Source: Pseudogracilibacillus sp.
GTDB lineage: Bacteria > Bacillota > Bacilli > Bacillales > Amphibacillaceae
DNA: 64,000 nucleotides
Assembly (NCBI GenBank): GCA_035301825.1
Contig: DATGTP010000034.1
Coordinates: forward strand, 1,290 to 65,289
Reading direction: 5' to 3'
Below are positions 34,749 to 44,977 of this stretch, one piece after another. Made by a program: the position numbers and the translations under genes. The first letter of the stretch is position 1; each line of letters begins with the position of its first letter. Below the pieces are notes generated by a model. That model was not told the DNA's origin. It saw nothing but the letters and a program-made list of their open reading frames with translations, and ran no database searches.

Positions 34749-35333
34749 ATGAAAAAACTTTCGATTTTTATCATGTTAATCGGAGTTGGCATCATTAGTT
34801 TTGCCTTGTTTCAAATGTATGATTCAAAACAAAAACAAAGTGAATCATATGCTCGTGCTGAAGCATTGTTAGACAATAAGGATGCTAGAGAAGCGGAAAA
34901 GGTCAAACCCTTTAAAGCGTCTTTTGGTGATGAAGTTGGCATGCTAACGATTAAAAAAATCGATGCACGCATCCCGATTGTTGAAGGAACAGATGAAGAT
35001 GAACTGGCACATGGCGTCGGTCATTATGCTGGTACAGCTTTTCCAGAAGAAGATGATCAAGTCGTTCTATCTGGCCATCGTGACACTGTTTTCCGCCGCA
35101 TGGGAGAGTTAAATGTCGGTGACATTATAACCGTTGAAATGCCTTATGGTAATTATGACTATGAAATTTACGAGACCTTTATCGTTGATGCAGATGATCG
35201 AAGTGTGATTAAATCAACGGCACCTGATGAAGTGCTCACCGTGACAACTTGTTACCCATTCAACTTTGTCGGGTCTGCTCCAGATCGTTACATCATTAAT
35301 GCAAAACCCGTTTACAATAAAGCTACAAAGTGA
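34749..35333 (+). CDS. Class D sortase
   Basis: N-terminal TM, LSGHRDT, TTCYPF, Arg in PDRY. Confidence 0.88.
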   Translation: MKKLSIFIMLIGVGIISFALFQMYDSKQKQSESYARAEALLDNKDAREAEKVKPFKASFGDEVGMLTIKKIDARIPIVEGTDEDELAHGVGHYAGTAFPEEDDQVVLSGHRDTVFRRMGELNVGDIITVEMPYGNYDYEIYETFIVDADDRSVIKSTAPDEVLTVTTCYPFNFVGSAPDRYIINAKPVYNKATK

Positions 35334-35396
35334 GTCATTTTGTTTAGTCAAAATGACTTTTTAATTGTTTAAATAGAGAAAGGACGAGAAAGCCTT

Positions 35397-37424
35397 ATGA
35401 AAAAAGCTATTCTAGTAGCACTCATGACGATCACAGCTATTCTTTTAGTCAGCTGTTCAAAAGAAAGTTCACCAGACCCTATTGAAGAAACAGAGGCATA
35501 TATTGATTTATGGGAAAGTTATGAATTCGATCAAATGTATAAACGACTGACAGAGGATACAAAAAACACAGTTGATCCTGAAGATTTCATTGATCGCTAT
35601 GAAAAAATATATGAAGACTTAGAAATTGATAACTTATCAATTGAAATGGGCGAGCTTGATTCAGATACGATAAAAGAATTCATTGAAAAGAAAGAAGCTC
35701 TCATCCCAATTGAAGTCACTATGGATAGTTTTGCTGGACCAATTAACTTTGAACATGATTTAAGTTTAATTTTAAATACTGCTGACGAATCCAATGATGA
35801 AGATGCCCAGTGGCTTTTTAATTGGGATACAACCTTCATTTTCCCTGAACTTGTTGAAGATAGTAAAATCCGGATTGAAACCGTTAAACCAAGACGGGGA
35901 GACATTTTAGATCGCAATCGGATGCCTTTAGCCATTAATGGAGGAGCCTATGAAGTTGGCATTGTACCAATCAACATGCAAGATGAACAATCTGAAATAA
36001 ATCAACTTTCCAACATTTTAAATGTATCGACAAGCTCAATTGAAAAGAAATTAGATGCATCATGGGTCGAGCCAGAACACTTCGTGCCAATCCGTCAGAT
36101 TTCAGATCAAGATGAAAGTAAGATCAACCAACTGCGTAACATACCGGGCGTTTCTTTAAATGAAACGGAAGGGAGACATTATCCACTCGGCCCCGCTGCA
36201 GCTCATTTAGTTGGCTATGTTGGCATGGTCACTGCAGAAGACTTAGAAGAAGATGACAATAAACATTTAACAGAGGAAGACCAAATTGGAAAAGCTGGTT
36301 TAGAAAAGAAGTTCGATAAAGTATTACGTGGTGAAGAAGGTAAAAAAATTATCATTATCGATGAATTTGATCGGGAAACGGTGTTAGCAGAGGATGAAGT
36401 AAAGCATGGTGAAAATGTTCACTTAACTTTAGATGTTGAGCTGCAGCAAACTATGTTTGATTCCTTTGATGATAAATCCGGAACAGGGGTTGCCCTCCAT
36501 CCAACAAATGGAGATCTTTTAGCACTTGTCAGTTATCCAGCTTATGATCCTAATGACTTCACTTATGGTGTCTCTGAAGCCAAGTGGGAAGCATTATCTA
36601 ATGATCAGCAGCAACCAATGTTCAATCGCTTTAATGCTACCTTTGCACCTGGGTCGGTTATTAAACCAATCACTTCTGTCATCGGCTTAAACGATGGAGC
36701 TATTACTTATGATGAAGGCATCGAGATTAATGGTCTCCATTGGTCAAAAGATGAATGGAAGGATGTTAAAATTACACGAGTAAGCACTTCTAATAAGCCT
36801 GTTACACTAGAAGATGCGCTCATTCGTTCAGATAATATTTATTTTGCTATGAAGTCACTCGATATCGGTGGGAAATCATTTGTTTCAGGTTTAAAAGACT
36901 TAGGCTTTGATGGTAAACTTCCAATCGATTTGAATATTAACCCGTCACACATCTCAAATAGTGGAGATTTAAATGATGAGGTTTTACTCGCTAACTCCAG
37001 CTATGGACAAGGGGAAATTGAAATGTCCGCTTTTCATTTAGCTTTACTTTACACGATGTTCCTTAATGACGGTCATGTTATAGAACCAAAACTTTATTTA
37101 GATGATGCTAAACCATCCTATTGGTTAAAGGATGTCATTTCTAAAGAAGATGCTGATCAAATCAACGATATATTAAGGAAGGTTGTCACAGAAGGAACAG
37201 CTAAAGCTGCCCAAGATAAGTCCTTAGAGATTGCCGGAAAAACAGGTACAGCTGAATTAAAGCAATCCTACGATGAAGATGGTCAATCAAATGGTTGGTT
37301 TGTTGGTTATGAACAAAAAGATCAAGATATTTTAATCGCTATGCTTGTCGAAGATGTTCAAGGCGAAGGAAGTTCAGCAGCAACAAAGGCTGTTAAAAAA
37401 GTGATGAAAACCTATAAGAAATAA
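35397..37424 (+). CDS. pbpC: Class B penicillin-binding protein, PBP3/MecA-like (lipoprotein, NTF2-like N domain)
   Basis: LLVSC lipobox, RGDILDR, SxxK (SVIK), SDN, KTGT. Confidence 0.8.
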   Translation: MKKAILVALMTITAILLVSCSKESSPDPIEETEAYIDLWESYEFDQMYKRLTEDTKNTVDPEDFIDRYEKIYEDLEIDNLSIEMGELDSDTIKEFIEKKEALIPIEVTMDSFAGPINFEHDLSLILNTADESNDEDAQWLFNWDTTFIFPELVEDSKIRIETVKPRRGDILDRNRMPLAINGGAYEVGIVPINMQDEQSEINQLSNILNVSTSSIEKKLDASWVEPEHFVPIRQISDQDESKINQLRNIPGVSLNETEGRHYPLGPAAAHLVGYVGMVTAEDLEEDDNKHLTEEDQIGKAGLEKKFDKVLRGEEGKKIIIIDEFDRETVLAEDEVKHGENVHLTLDVELQQTMFDSFDDKSGTGVALHPTNGDLLALVSYPAYDPNDFTYGVSEAKWEALSNDQQQPMFNRFNATFAPGSVIKPITSVIGLNDGAITYDEGIEINGLHWSKDEWKDVKITRVSTSNKPVTLEDALIRSDNIYFAMKSLDIGGKSFVSGLKDLGFDGKLPIDLNINPSHISNSGDLNDEVLLANSSYGQGEIEMSAFHLALLYTMFLNDGHVIEPKLYLDDAKPSYWLKDVISKEDADQINDILRKVVTEGTAKAAQDKSLEIAGKTGTAELKQSYDEDGQSNGWFVGYEQKDQDILIAMLVEDVQGEGSSAATKAVKKVMKTYKK

Positions 37425-37430
37425 AAAATT

Positions 37431-37468
37431 CACCCCTTACAATGTATCTTTCATACATGTAAGGGGTG
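37431..37468. terminator. Bidirectional terminator
   Basis: CACCCCTTACA..TGTAAGGGGTG between convergent genes. Confidence 0.7.
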
Positions 37469-37497
37469 TTATTCTTCTTTAACTAAGTTCATTTTGT

Positions 37498-37983
37498 TTA
37501 ATCCGTCCTATCTGCAACTTCTTGATTATGATGATCATAATGCTTCAATAAACCGACATAATGTTGAAAGGAGTCCATATTACCATTATCTAAACTATCA
37601 TCGATTAAACGCTTAATATTTTCCCTTTCCAAAAATGTAACAAGTTCATTGACTTTCTCTATCGCTTCAGCTTTTTCCACCTCCATTTCTTCAGAATATG
37701 GTTCAATCATTTGGTCAATTAAATTCATAAAATCCTTTAAGGTTGTTAACTTCTTCAAGGTTAAATAAATAACCTTTTCTTCCTTTTGAAAGGCAAACTT
37801 CGTGTCAGTATTTACGATCCGCTTCGTTTTGCGGTTAATTAAGATTTCATGCCCTTCAATCGGTATAAAATTGTATACCTCACCATTAATTGCAATTGTA
37901 AAATATTGATAGGCTAATATAATCCGAATGTATTCCTCATTCACTTTAATAAAGTAAGGTTTTAATAATTTTACTGACACCAT
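37498..37983 (-). CDS. IDEAL-domain-containing protein
   Basis: KLLKPYFIK..ILAYQYF, C-terminal LIDDSLD..; start ATG 37983 after GGAGGTG. Confidence 0.65.
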   Translation of the reverse strand: MVSVKLLKPYFIKVNEEYIRIILAYQYFTIAINGEVYNFIPIEGHEILINRKTKRIVNTDTKFAFQKEEKVIYLTLKKLTTLKDFMNLIDQMIEPYSEEMEVEKAEAIEKVNELVTFLERENIKRLIDDSLDNGNMDSFQHYVGLLKHYDHHNQEVADRTD

Positions 37984-38063
37984 ATGAAACACCTCCTTAT
38001 TCTATTATTTTATTAATTTTACTATATTTTCTGAAAACTTGCAAGATTTAAACAACTAAACAA

Positions 38064-39041
38064 TTACCTTATTAAATAGGCCTTCACTTTTTCAAGGTCA
38101 AATGAGAGATCAAGGTCATGGTCTATATCATTCCTATGATGGTGTCTTAATAAATAGTCTTTCGCTTGAGAAATCTTGTTTAAATAATCACTTTCAAACT
38201 GTTGAAGTTCTTTAGCTTTTTCAACTTCAATCTTTTTATCAACAATTTCTTCATACATATCTACTAGTAAATCAGTATCATTTTTAAGAGGAAAGGCATG
38301 TGGGGCTGTACTATCTAATAAGCAAAGATCAATTTCTCGAATCATCACCATATCAATACTATCAGGATCAAAATTGCAATGATATATTTCATAATCTAAA
38401 TGGACGGACTCACACCATGCAATCACTTGTTTTAATAAGTAAGACTTCCCGTTCCCTGCTTCCCCTTTAATATGGTAAACATAAGTGACTGACTCGAGCA
38501 ATTCTTCAGCAATATTATTTGAACCTTTATAATTAAAGGTACCAAAAAAACGTCTTACTTTTTTATTTTTTTCTTTAACAGGTCGTTCATATTGATCTAA
38601 CTCAGTAATTAATTGTTTTGCTACTTGGTCTGCTTTTTCCAAGTCCATATAATCATAATATACCGCTTCTAGATCATCATGACTTTGTAAAGCGTCATAC
38701 AAAATATCGTAGGCCCCATCTACATCATGTTTTTCCTTAGATCGAGAAATCACAAGATAATCTGTCGGCAAATCCGTGTCAAAAGCTAAGTAATGCGCAC
38801 AAATAATGACCGCTTTTTCTTTCCAAATGAGCCCCTCAATATATTGTGGATCATTCGGATATAAGAACAATTCAAAGTTATCTGCTTCAGAACTATTTAC
38901 AAGCGCTTCAAAAATGGCATGTAATTCACTTATATTCCCTTCAAGATAAATGATTTTTTTGATGTCTTTTACATTTTCCTCTAATAAGTTTCGTTCACCT
39001 AAAGCTGTATGTGCTCTAACAAAATAACGTAAGTTAACCAT
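38064..39041 (-). CDS. PRK06851-like P-loop protein
   Basis: FFGT, IKGEAGNGKS Walker A, YHCNFDPDSIDMV, DSTAPH. Confidence 0.65.
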   Translation of the reverse strand: MVNLRYFVRAHTALGERNLLEENVKDIKKIIYLEGNISELHAIFEALVNSSEADNFELFLYPNDPQYIEGLIWKEKAVIICAHYLAFDTDLPTDYLVISRSKEKHDVDGAYDILYDALQSHDDLEAVYYDYMDLEKADQVAKQLITELDQYERPVKEKNKKVRRFFGTFNYKGSNNIAEELLESVTYVYHIKGEAGNGKSYLLKQVIAWCESVHLDYEIYHCNFDPDSIDMVMIREIDLCLLDSTAPHAFPLKNDTDLLVDMYEEIVDKKIEVEKAKELQQFESDYLNKISQAKDYLLRHHHRNDIDHDLDLSFDLEKVKAYLIR

Positions 39042-39135
39042 TATTTTATATCATCTCCTTACAACTATTGTATGTATAAATGATCATTTGTTTCCAATAA
39101 AAAACCTTTACACAACATTTGTGTAAAGGTCTGCT

Positions 39136-39870
39136 TTAAATATATTTTCTAATCATTGCTGCTACGCCGTGTTCATCATTGGTCCCTGTCACATCATCAG
39201 CAACTTGTTTTAAGACGTCTTGAGCATTTCCCATTGCAATTCCAATCCCTGCTTGTTCAATCATTTTCCGGTCATTTAAACCGTCTCCTGCTACGAGCAC
39301 TTCTTCCATTAATATATCTTCTTTGTCACAGATGAAACGGATAGCATCTGCCTTATTAACACCTGCTTTATTCACTTCAATATTATGTGTGTAGGAATTT
39401 GTCAATTCTAATTCACCTTCAAAATATTGCAATTCATGTAATAAACGGTCCTTCAGCTCATCTGTTAAATCATCATAACCAATTTTCAACCATGTTTCTG
39501 CATGAAAGGCTTGTGGTGGATTTTCCCGATAAAAGACATCTTCCGTCGAGATTGCCCACATCGGTAAATCTAAGCGCTCTCCTACTTGCCACAATTGCTC
39601 CATTTTCTCATGGTGGATTGCTTTACGGACAAGTAAATTCTCATCCATATCCCAAATTTCTGCTCCATTTGATACAGCAATGTAAGTATCCAAATCAAGT
39701 TGCTTTGCATAAGGATGACAATGTGAATAAGGTCTCCCTGTTGCAATCATCACTTTAACACCTTTATTGCGTGCATAGTTGATTGCTTCAATTGTTTCTC
39801 CTGAGATGTCATGATCGTTATTTAATAAGGTTCCATCCATATCTAGAGCAATTAATTTAATCTTTGTCAT
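39136..39870 (-). CDS. Cof-type HAD hydrolase
   Basis: ALDMDGTLL, ATGR, GDGLND, AMGNA. Confidence 0.9.
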   Translation of the reverse strand: MTKIKLIALDMDGTLLNNDHDISGETIEAINYARNKGVKVMIATGRPYSHCHPYAKQLDLDTYIAVSNGAEIWDMDENLLVRKAIHHEKMEQLWQVGERLDLPMWAISTEDVFYRENPPQAFHAETWLKIGYDDLTDELKDRLLHELQYFEGELELTNSYTHNIEVNKAGVNKADAIRFICDKEDILMEEVLVAGDGLNDRKMIEQAGIGIAMGNAQDVLKQVADDVTGTNDEHGVAAMIRKYI

Positions 39871-39901
39871 TGAATGATTTTATCTCCTTTAATATTCCCT
39901 T

Positions 39902-41119
39902 TTAATCAAATACATGTTTATTTTGGCCAGCAAATGTCCCAAATACCATTATAAATAAAGTGACAATCATTAAGGTGTAAAGAGGCATTGTCCAGCTCAA
40001 AGTTAAATCATACATATATCCTAACATAACTGGTCCAATTGCAGCGAGTCCATAGCCGATAGATTGCGCCATTCCTGATAACCGGGCGGCATCAAAACGG
40101 TCTTTAGCCCGAAAGGATAAAAAGGCGAGTGCTAGTGAAAAGTTACTCGATGAACTAAAACCTAGTAAAGTAACAGCAAGTGTTAACATGCCTAAGCTTT
40201 CAACATTCATTAATAAAATAATTCCTAGCAAAAAACCACTATTCACAACATATACAATGATTCGTTGAGTCTTTAAACGACTAGCTATAACCGGTACGAT
40301 AAAACTAACTGGCAGGCCGACTAATTGAAAATAAGACAACATATAACCTGCTTCATATGCAGGTATGCCTCTATCCATTAATATTTCTGGTAACCATGAT
40401 ATGGTGACGTAAAAAATCATCGATTGTAAGCCCATAAAACAAGCTACTGCCCATGCTAGTTTAGATTTAAAAATAGACCCTTCTTCTTTCATCGTCACTT
40501 GAAGGTCTTGGCTTTTTCTCGACTGTGCTTTTCGCCATATATACAACCATATAAAAAAAGCTAGTACAGCAGGAATGACCCAAATATACATGGACCACTG
40601 CCAGCCAAAGCCCGCTCCATCTGCTAGTGGTAAACTAAGGGCAGATGCGGTCGTGGCCATAAGCCCCATACAAGTTGTGTAAAGACCAGTCATTAAACCA
40701 ACCTTTAATGGAAAGCGGTCTTTAATAATACTCGGCAATAAAACATTACAAACAGCAATCCCGAGACCGACACATAAGGTCCCAAAAAACAAGAGAAAGT
40801 TCATTGGGAATGTTCGAATGGTCATTCCGAATACAAGTAAGGCTAAACCAATAACTAAAGTGAGTTCAGTTGATATTTTTTTAGCGATGCTTGCCGTTAA
40901 TGGTGATAAAATAGCAAAGGCAATTAAGGGCAAACTCATAATAAAGGCAACATTCCAATTTTCTAATTGCAAATCGTCACGAATGAGCCCTATAACGGGG
41001 CCGACCGATGTAATAGCTGGCCTTAAATTAAAGGCAACGAGGATAATACTCATCATAAATAAAATTGTTTGACTACGATTATCTGACCTTGTCTCCTGCA
41101 AAGTGATCTCCTCCATCAT
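39902..41119 (-). CDS. CynX/NimT family MFS transporter
   Basis: NLRPAITSVGP, NVLLPS, LSGMAQSIGY. Confidence 0.85.
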   Translation of the reverse strand: MMEEITLQETRSDNRSQTILFMMSIILVAFNLRPAITSVGPVIGLIRDDLQLENWNVAFIMSLPLIAFAILSPLTASIAKKISTELTLVIGLALLVFGMTIRTFPMNFLLFFGTLCVGLGIAVCNVLLPSIIKDRFPLKVGLMTGLYTTCMGLMATTASALSLPLADGAGFGWQWSMYIWVIPAVLAFFIWLYIWRKAQSRKSQDLQVTMKEEGSIFKSKLAWAVACFMGLQSMIFYVTISWLPEILMDRGIPAYEAGYMLSYFQLVGLPVSFIVPVIASRLKTQRIIVYVVNSGFLLGIILLMNVESLGMLTLAVTLLGFSSSSNFSLALAFLSFRAKDRFDAARLSGMAQSIGYGLAAIGPVMLGYMYDLTLSWTMPLYTLMIVTLFIMVFGTFAGQNKHVFD

Positions 41120-41199
41120 CTATAGAAAAGCGTAACACGTTTTCCCATAAATAGACAAAAAAAGGTCCTTTCACTCAAGGTGAAAAGACCTTTAATCAT

Positions 41200-43224
41200 T
41201 TAAGCATTTGCAAATGTTGGTTTTGGACGATCATCATCTCGTTTCTTTTGAATAAACCAAACGAGTAAAATAATAGCCAAACCGACAATATTTGAAATTG
41301 TTCCTGCCGTAATTAAGAAAATACCTCCGATAAATAAAGCTAAACGTTCCCACCATTTTGTTTCTCGTGCAAAGTAGCCGATCATTGAACTACTGACACC
41401 AATCATCCCGATAATGGCTGTTACAATCGCTATAATTAAAGCAATTGTTGTTACATCAACTAGGACAAGGATTGGGCTGTATACGAATATATACGGCACA
41501 ATGAAGGCTGCAATAGCAAGTTTTACAGCTGAGACCCCACTCATGAATGGGTTGGCTCGCGCTATCCCTGCCCCTGCATAAGCGGCTAAACATACTGGTG
41601 GTGTAATGTCTGCTACAATACCAAAGTAAAAAACAAACATATGGACTGAAATAGGCTCTAAACCAAAACCATTAATTAAAGCCGGTGCAGCTATTGTTGC
41701 TGTTACAACATAGTTTGCTGTCGTCGGCAGTCCCATACCTAAAACAAGACAAGCGATCATTGTAAAGAATAAAGCTAAAATTAAATGTCCACTAGATAAA
41801 GCGATAATACCTGCTGCAAACTTTGCTCCTAAACCTGTCATACCAACGACACCAGCAATAATCCCTGCCGTTGCTACCGCTGCGATAACTGGGAGTGCAA
41901 CACGTGCCCCTTGTTCTAAGACGTGTAAAATTTTCTTAAAGCCCATGCGCGTTTCTTTACGGAATAAGCTAACAATATATGCTGCTGCAATACCCATGAT
42001 TGCTGCACGTTGTGTCGTAAAACCAATCATCACTGTTCCAATAATGATAATGAGTGGTAATAACATATAACCATAACGTGTCATTTGTTCTTTCAAACTT
42101 GGTAATTGTGACTTCGGCAAACCGAAAATACCGAGTTTTTTCGCTTCAAAATGTGTTCCAATAAAAATACCCGTAAAATAAAGTGCTGCTGGAATAATCG
42201 CTGTTGCCATAATAACCGCATAGGATACACCGATATATTCCATCATAATAAATGCTGCCGCTCCCATAATTGGTGGCATGATTTGTCCACCGGTTGAAGC
42301 AGCTGCCTCTGTACCTGCTGCGAATTCAGGCTTAAAGCCTGCTTTTTTCATCATTGGAATTGTAAATGATCCTGATGCAACTGTATTTCCAACTGAACTA
42401 CCAGAGACCATTCCTTGCAAAGCACTTGCTGCTACAGCTGCCTTTGCTGTTCCACCTGTAAAGCGGCCGGTTAAAGCGAATGCTAAATCATTAAAAAACT
42501 GACCGATCCGCGTATGGATGAGCATAACACCAAAGAATAAGAATAAGTAAATAAATTTGGCTGAAATTTGAATCGGTGTGCCAAAGACACCATTTTCTCG
42601 ATACCATAAATTTGTCGCGATTGATTTAAAGTTAAAACCTGTATGTGATAAAACTTTTGTCGGAATATATTCTCCAAATCTTGCATATAAGATCATGATT
42701 GATGCTACAATCACAATCGGTAAGCCGACCGTACGTCGTGTTGCCTCTAATAACAATAAGACAGCAACAATCGAGATGACTGTATCTACTAAACTATAAC
42801 CACCTACACGACTTTGTAAAATCGAATCAAAAAAGATAATTTTATGATAAGTCACATACATGGCCAAAAAGGCTAATAAAATATCATACCATGGGATTGA
42901 CTTCTGTTTCTTTTGTAATCCCTTTTTCGCTGGATAGAGTAAAAATATAAGTCCTAAGGCTGTTCCTAAATGAACTGCCCCTTGCTTTTGGGATTGTAAA
43001 GTACCAAAATAACCTGACCATAAATGAAATATCGTTAAACTAATACCTAAGAAAGCAACAACCCAAGCCCATTTCCCGATTTGAGTTCGGTAATTACTTT
43101 CCCGATCATACTTCTCTAATAGTTCCTGAGCCGCTTGCTCAGCTTCTTTCTGTTGTTCAGGAGATAAATCTAATTTTTCATCTTCATTTTTTGTTTTATT
43201 TTTTGTCATTGCCTCCACCACCAA
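41200..43224 (-). CDS. TAXI-TRAP transporter fused 4TM/12TM permease
   Basis: LLEATRR, GSFTIPMM, ASTGGQIMPPIMGAAAF, GMGLPTTANY, ADITPPV. Confidence 0.92.
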   Translation of the reverse strand: MVVEAMTKNKTKNEDEKLDLSPEQQKEAEQAAQELLEKYDRESNYRTQIGKWAWVVAFLGISLTIFHLWSGYFGTLQSQKQGAVHLGTALGLIFLLYPAKKGLQKKQKSIPWYDILLAFLAMYVTYHKIIFFDSILQSRVGGYSLVDTVISIVAVLLLLEATRRTVGLPIVIVASIMILYARFGEYIPTKVLSHTGFNFKSIATNLWYRENGVFGTPIQISAKFIYLFLFFGVMLIHTRIGQFFNDLAFALTGRFTGGTAKAAVAASALQGMVSGSSVGNTVASGSFTIPMMKKAGFKPEFAAGTEAAASTGGQIMPPIMGAAAFIMMEYIGVSYAVIMATAIIPAALYFTGIFIGTHFEAKKLGIFGLPKSQLPSLKEQMTRYGYMLLPLIIIIGTVMIGFTTQRAAIMGIAAAYIVSLFRKETRMGFKKILHVLEQGARVALPVIAAVATAGIIAGVVGMTGLGAKFAAGIIALSSGHLILALFFTMIACLVLGMGLPTTANYVVTATIAAPALINGFGLEPISVHMFVFYFGIVADITPPVCLAAYAGAGIARANPFMSGVSAVKLAIAAFIVPYIFVYSPILVLVDVTTIALIIAIVTAIIGMIGVSSSMIGYFARETKWWERLALFIGGIFLITAGTISNIVGLAIILLVWFIQKKRDDDRPKPTFANA

Positions 43225-43256
43225 TCTCTTTTCAAAGAATCTATATAGGTGTAAAA

Positions 43257-43286
43257 AAGGAAAAGAGTTTATTCACTCTTTTCCTT
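43257..43286 (-). terminator. Hairpin between TAXI SBP and permease (terminator or mRNA stabiliser)
   Basis: AAGGAAAAGAGT-TTATTC-ACTCTTTTCCTT. Confidence 0.55.
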
Positions 43287-43298
43287 ATTCAACACCAT

Positions 43299-44303
43299 TT
43301 ATTCGACTAAGTCATCTAGACTTTCAATATCTGTTGCTTCACGTGTAATAATTTGAATAACTTCTGGGTATACGTGACCGATAAATGCAAAGTTCTCGAC
43401 AGGACTTCCGTCAAATTCATCTTCACCTTCTGCAGCTGCTACAGCTGGGACGTGAACCGTCATACCTAAGTCCATTGTTCCTTCACCAATGCTTGCTAAG
43501 TTTTCAATAGAAGCATCTGTTTCTTGGTTTGTAAAGCCTACATCTAAATGGTTGTTCCATACGTTAGCAATTTCGCCACCAAGTGGATAATATGTTCCAC
43601 CTTGGCTTCCTGTACCTAGTAAAAACTCAGACTTACGATCTCCTTCAGTCGCTGATACATCTGCAACAGGGTTATCAACGGTTAAACCTTGTTCTTCATA
43701 ATATTTTTTTGCCCCTGGGTGAATCGGTAAGCCCTCTGCACCATCTAAAGCATTTTCTAAAGTTAACATTTTCCCTTGTTCGTGTGTTACTTCATCAGCA
43801 TGTTCTACCATGATACGTGCTAATTCATATGCTAATTCATCATCTACAGTGTCTGTATTCGCTACCATAACTGCGAATGCTGCGACTGTTTCAACATCTT
43901 CTTCTAAAAAGTCATAACTTCCAGCTGGAATCGTATAACGTTTGTAATCTGACGTTGACTCAATATTTTCAATCGCTTCATCAGAAATACCTAACATGAC
44001 GACATCACCTGTTGATGCTTCTAAACTTTCAATATTACCTGCAGGTAATCCTAAGACACCAAATGATACATCGATGTTATTATCTTGTAGTAAATCTGCT
44101 GCATCCCCGAAACCTTCTTCATATGTTTGGTAATCATCATCACCAATACCATATGCTTCTAAAATAATTTTTGATACGTTGTTTGTTGCACTTCCTGCTG
44201 GCCCGATAGCAATTTTCGATTTGCCACCACCGCCACCTCCACAGGCTGCGACAATTAACATAATCGCTGTTAATAAAAGCCCTACATTTAATAATCTTTT
44301 CAT
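43299..44303 (-). CDS. TAXI-family TRAP solute-binding lipoprotein, circularly permuted
   Basis: Lipobox VAAC; TAXI motifs GTYYPLG, YPEVIQI and PIHPGA..YY present but in permuted order. Confidence 0.85.
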   Translation of the reverse strand: MKRLLNVGLLLTAIMLIVAACGGGGGGKSKIAIGPAGSATNNVSKIILEAYGIGDDDYQTYEEGFGDAADLLQDNNIDVSFGVLGLPAGNIESLEASTGDVVMLGISDEAIENIESTSDYKRYTIPAGSYDFLEEDVETVAAFAVMVANTDTVDDELAYELARIMVEHADEVTHEQGKMLTLENALDGAEGLPIHPGAKKYYEEQGLTVDNPVADVSATEGDRKSEFLLGTGSQGGTYYPLGGEIANVWNNHLDVGFTNQETDASIENLASIGEGTMDLGMTVHVPAVAAAEGEDEFDGSPVENFAFIGHVYPEVIQIITREATDIESLDDLVE

Positions 44304-44468
44304 ACAATTTTCCCCCTTACAATTTTTTTAGCACCTACTTTATTTCATCTTGTTTACTACGACAATGAAAACTTTCTATTTCTCTAGGTACAAATCTTTC
44401 TTTTAGTATAGCGACTCTCCCCTTGTTTTGCAAGTAGTATTTTCCTTTCACCCCTTGTCCGGCAATTG

Positions 44469-44482
44469 ATTAAACGCTTTCA
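44469..44482 (-). promoter_or_regulatory. Possible cre site upstream of TAXI operon
   Basis: Minus strand TGAAAGCGTTTAAT, one mismatch to cre consensus. Confidence 0.4.
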
Positions 44483-44589
44483 AAGTATAAGTCACTCAAG
44501 TCTTTCTCCTTTAAATTGTCATACAAAAATACATTTAATTTTATGAAAACATGTTATAATGAAAGGTGATTTATTAGAGGAGGATCAAG

Positions 44590-44976
44590 ATGTCTGAACA
44601 AAATCTCGTTTATTCAAGTAAAATTAACAAAATACGTAGTTTCGCGCTATTTTTAATATTTGCCGGGATGATCGTCATGTATATTGGTGTCTTTGCTCGT
44701 AAAATACCTTGGTTAATGTTTACTCTTTTCGTCATTGGTGTTTTACTCGTTTTATTAAGTACGGTCGTCTATTTTTGGATTGGCATGTTATCAACAAAAG
44801 CAATCCCAATTATTTGTCCATCCTGTGAGAAGCCTACAAAAATGCTCGGACGTGTGGACGCATGTATGCACTGTAAACAACCTTTAACTTTAGACCAAAG
44901 CTTAGAAGGTTTAGAGTTTGATGAAAAATATAACTCTAAACGTCATATGCGTAAGCTCAAAAAGGAACAAAAATAA
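44590..44976 (+). CDS. ygzB: UPF0295 membrane protein YgzB
   Basis: [33 protein letters not shown]. Confidence 0.9.
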   Translation: MSEQNLVYSSKINKIRSFALFLIFAGMIVMYIGVFARKIPWLMFTLFVIGVLLVLLSTVVYFWIGMLSTKAIPIICPSCEKPTKMLGRVDACMHCKQPLTLDQSLEGLEFDEKYNSKRHMRKLKKEQK

Positions 44977-44977
44977 A

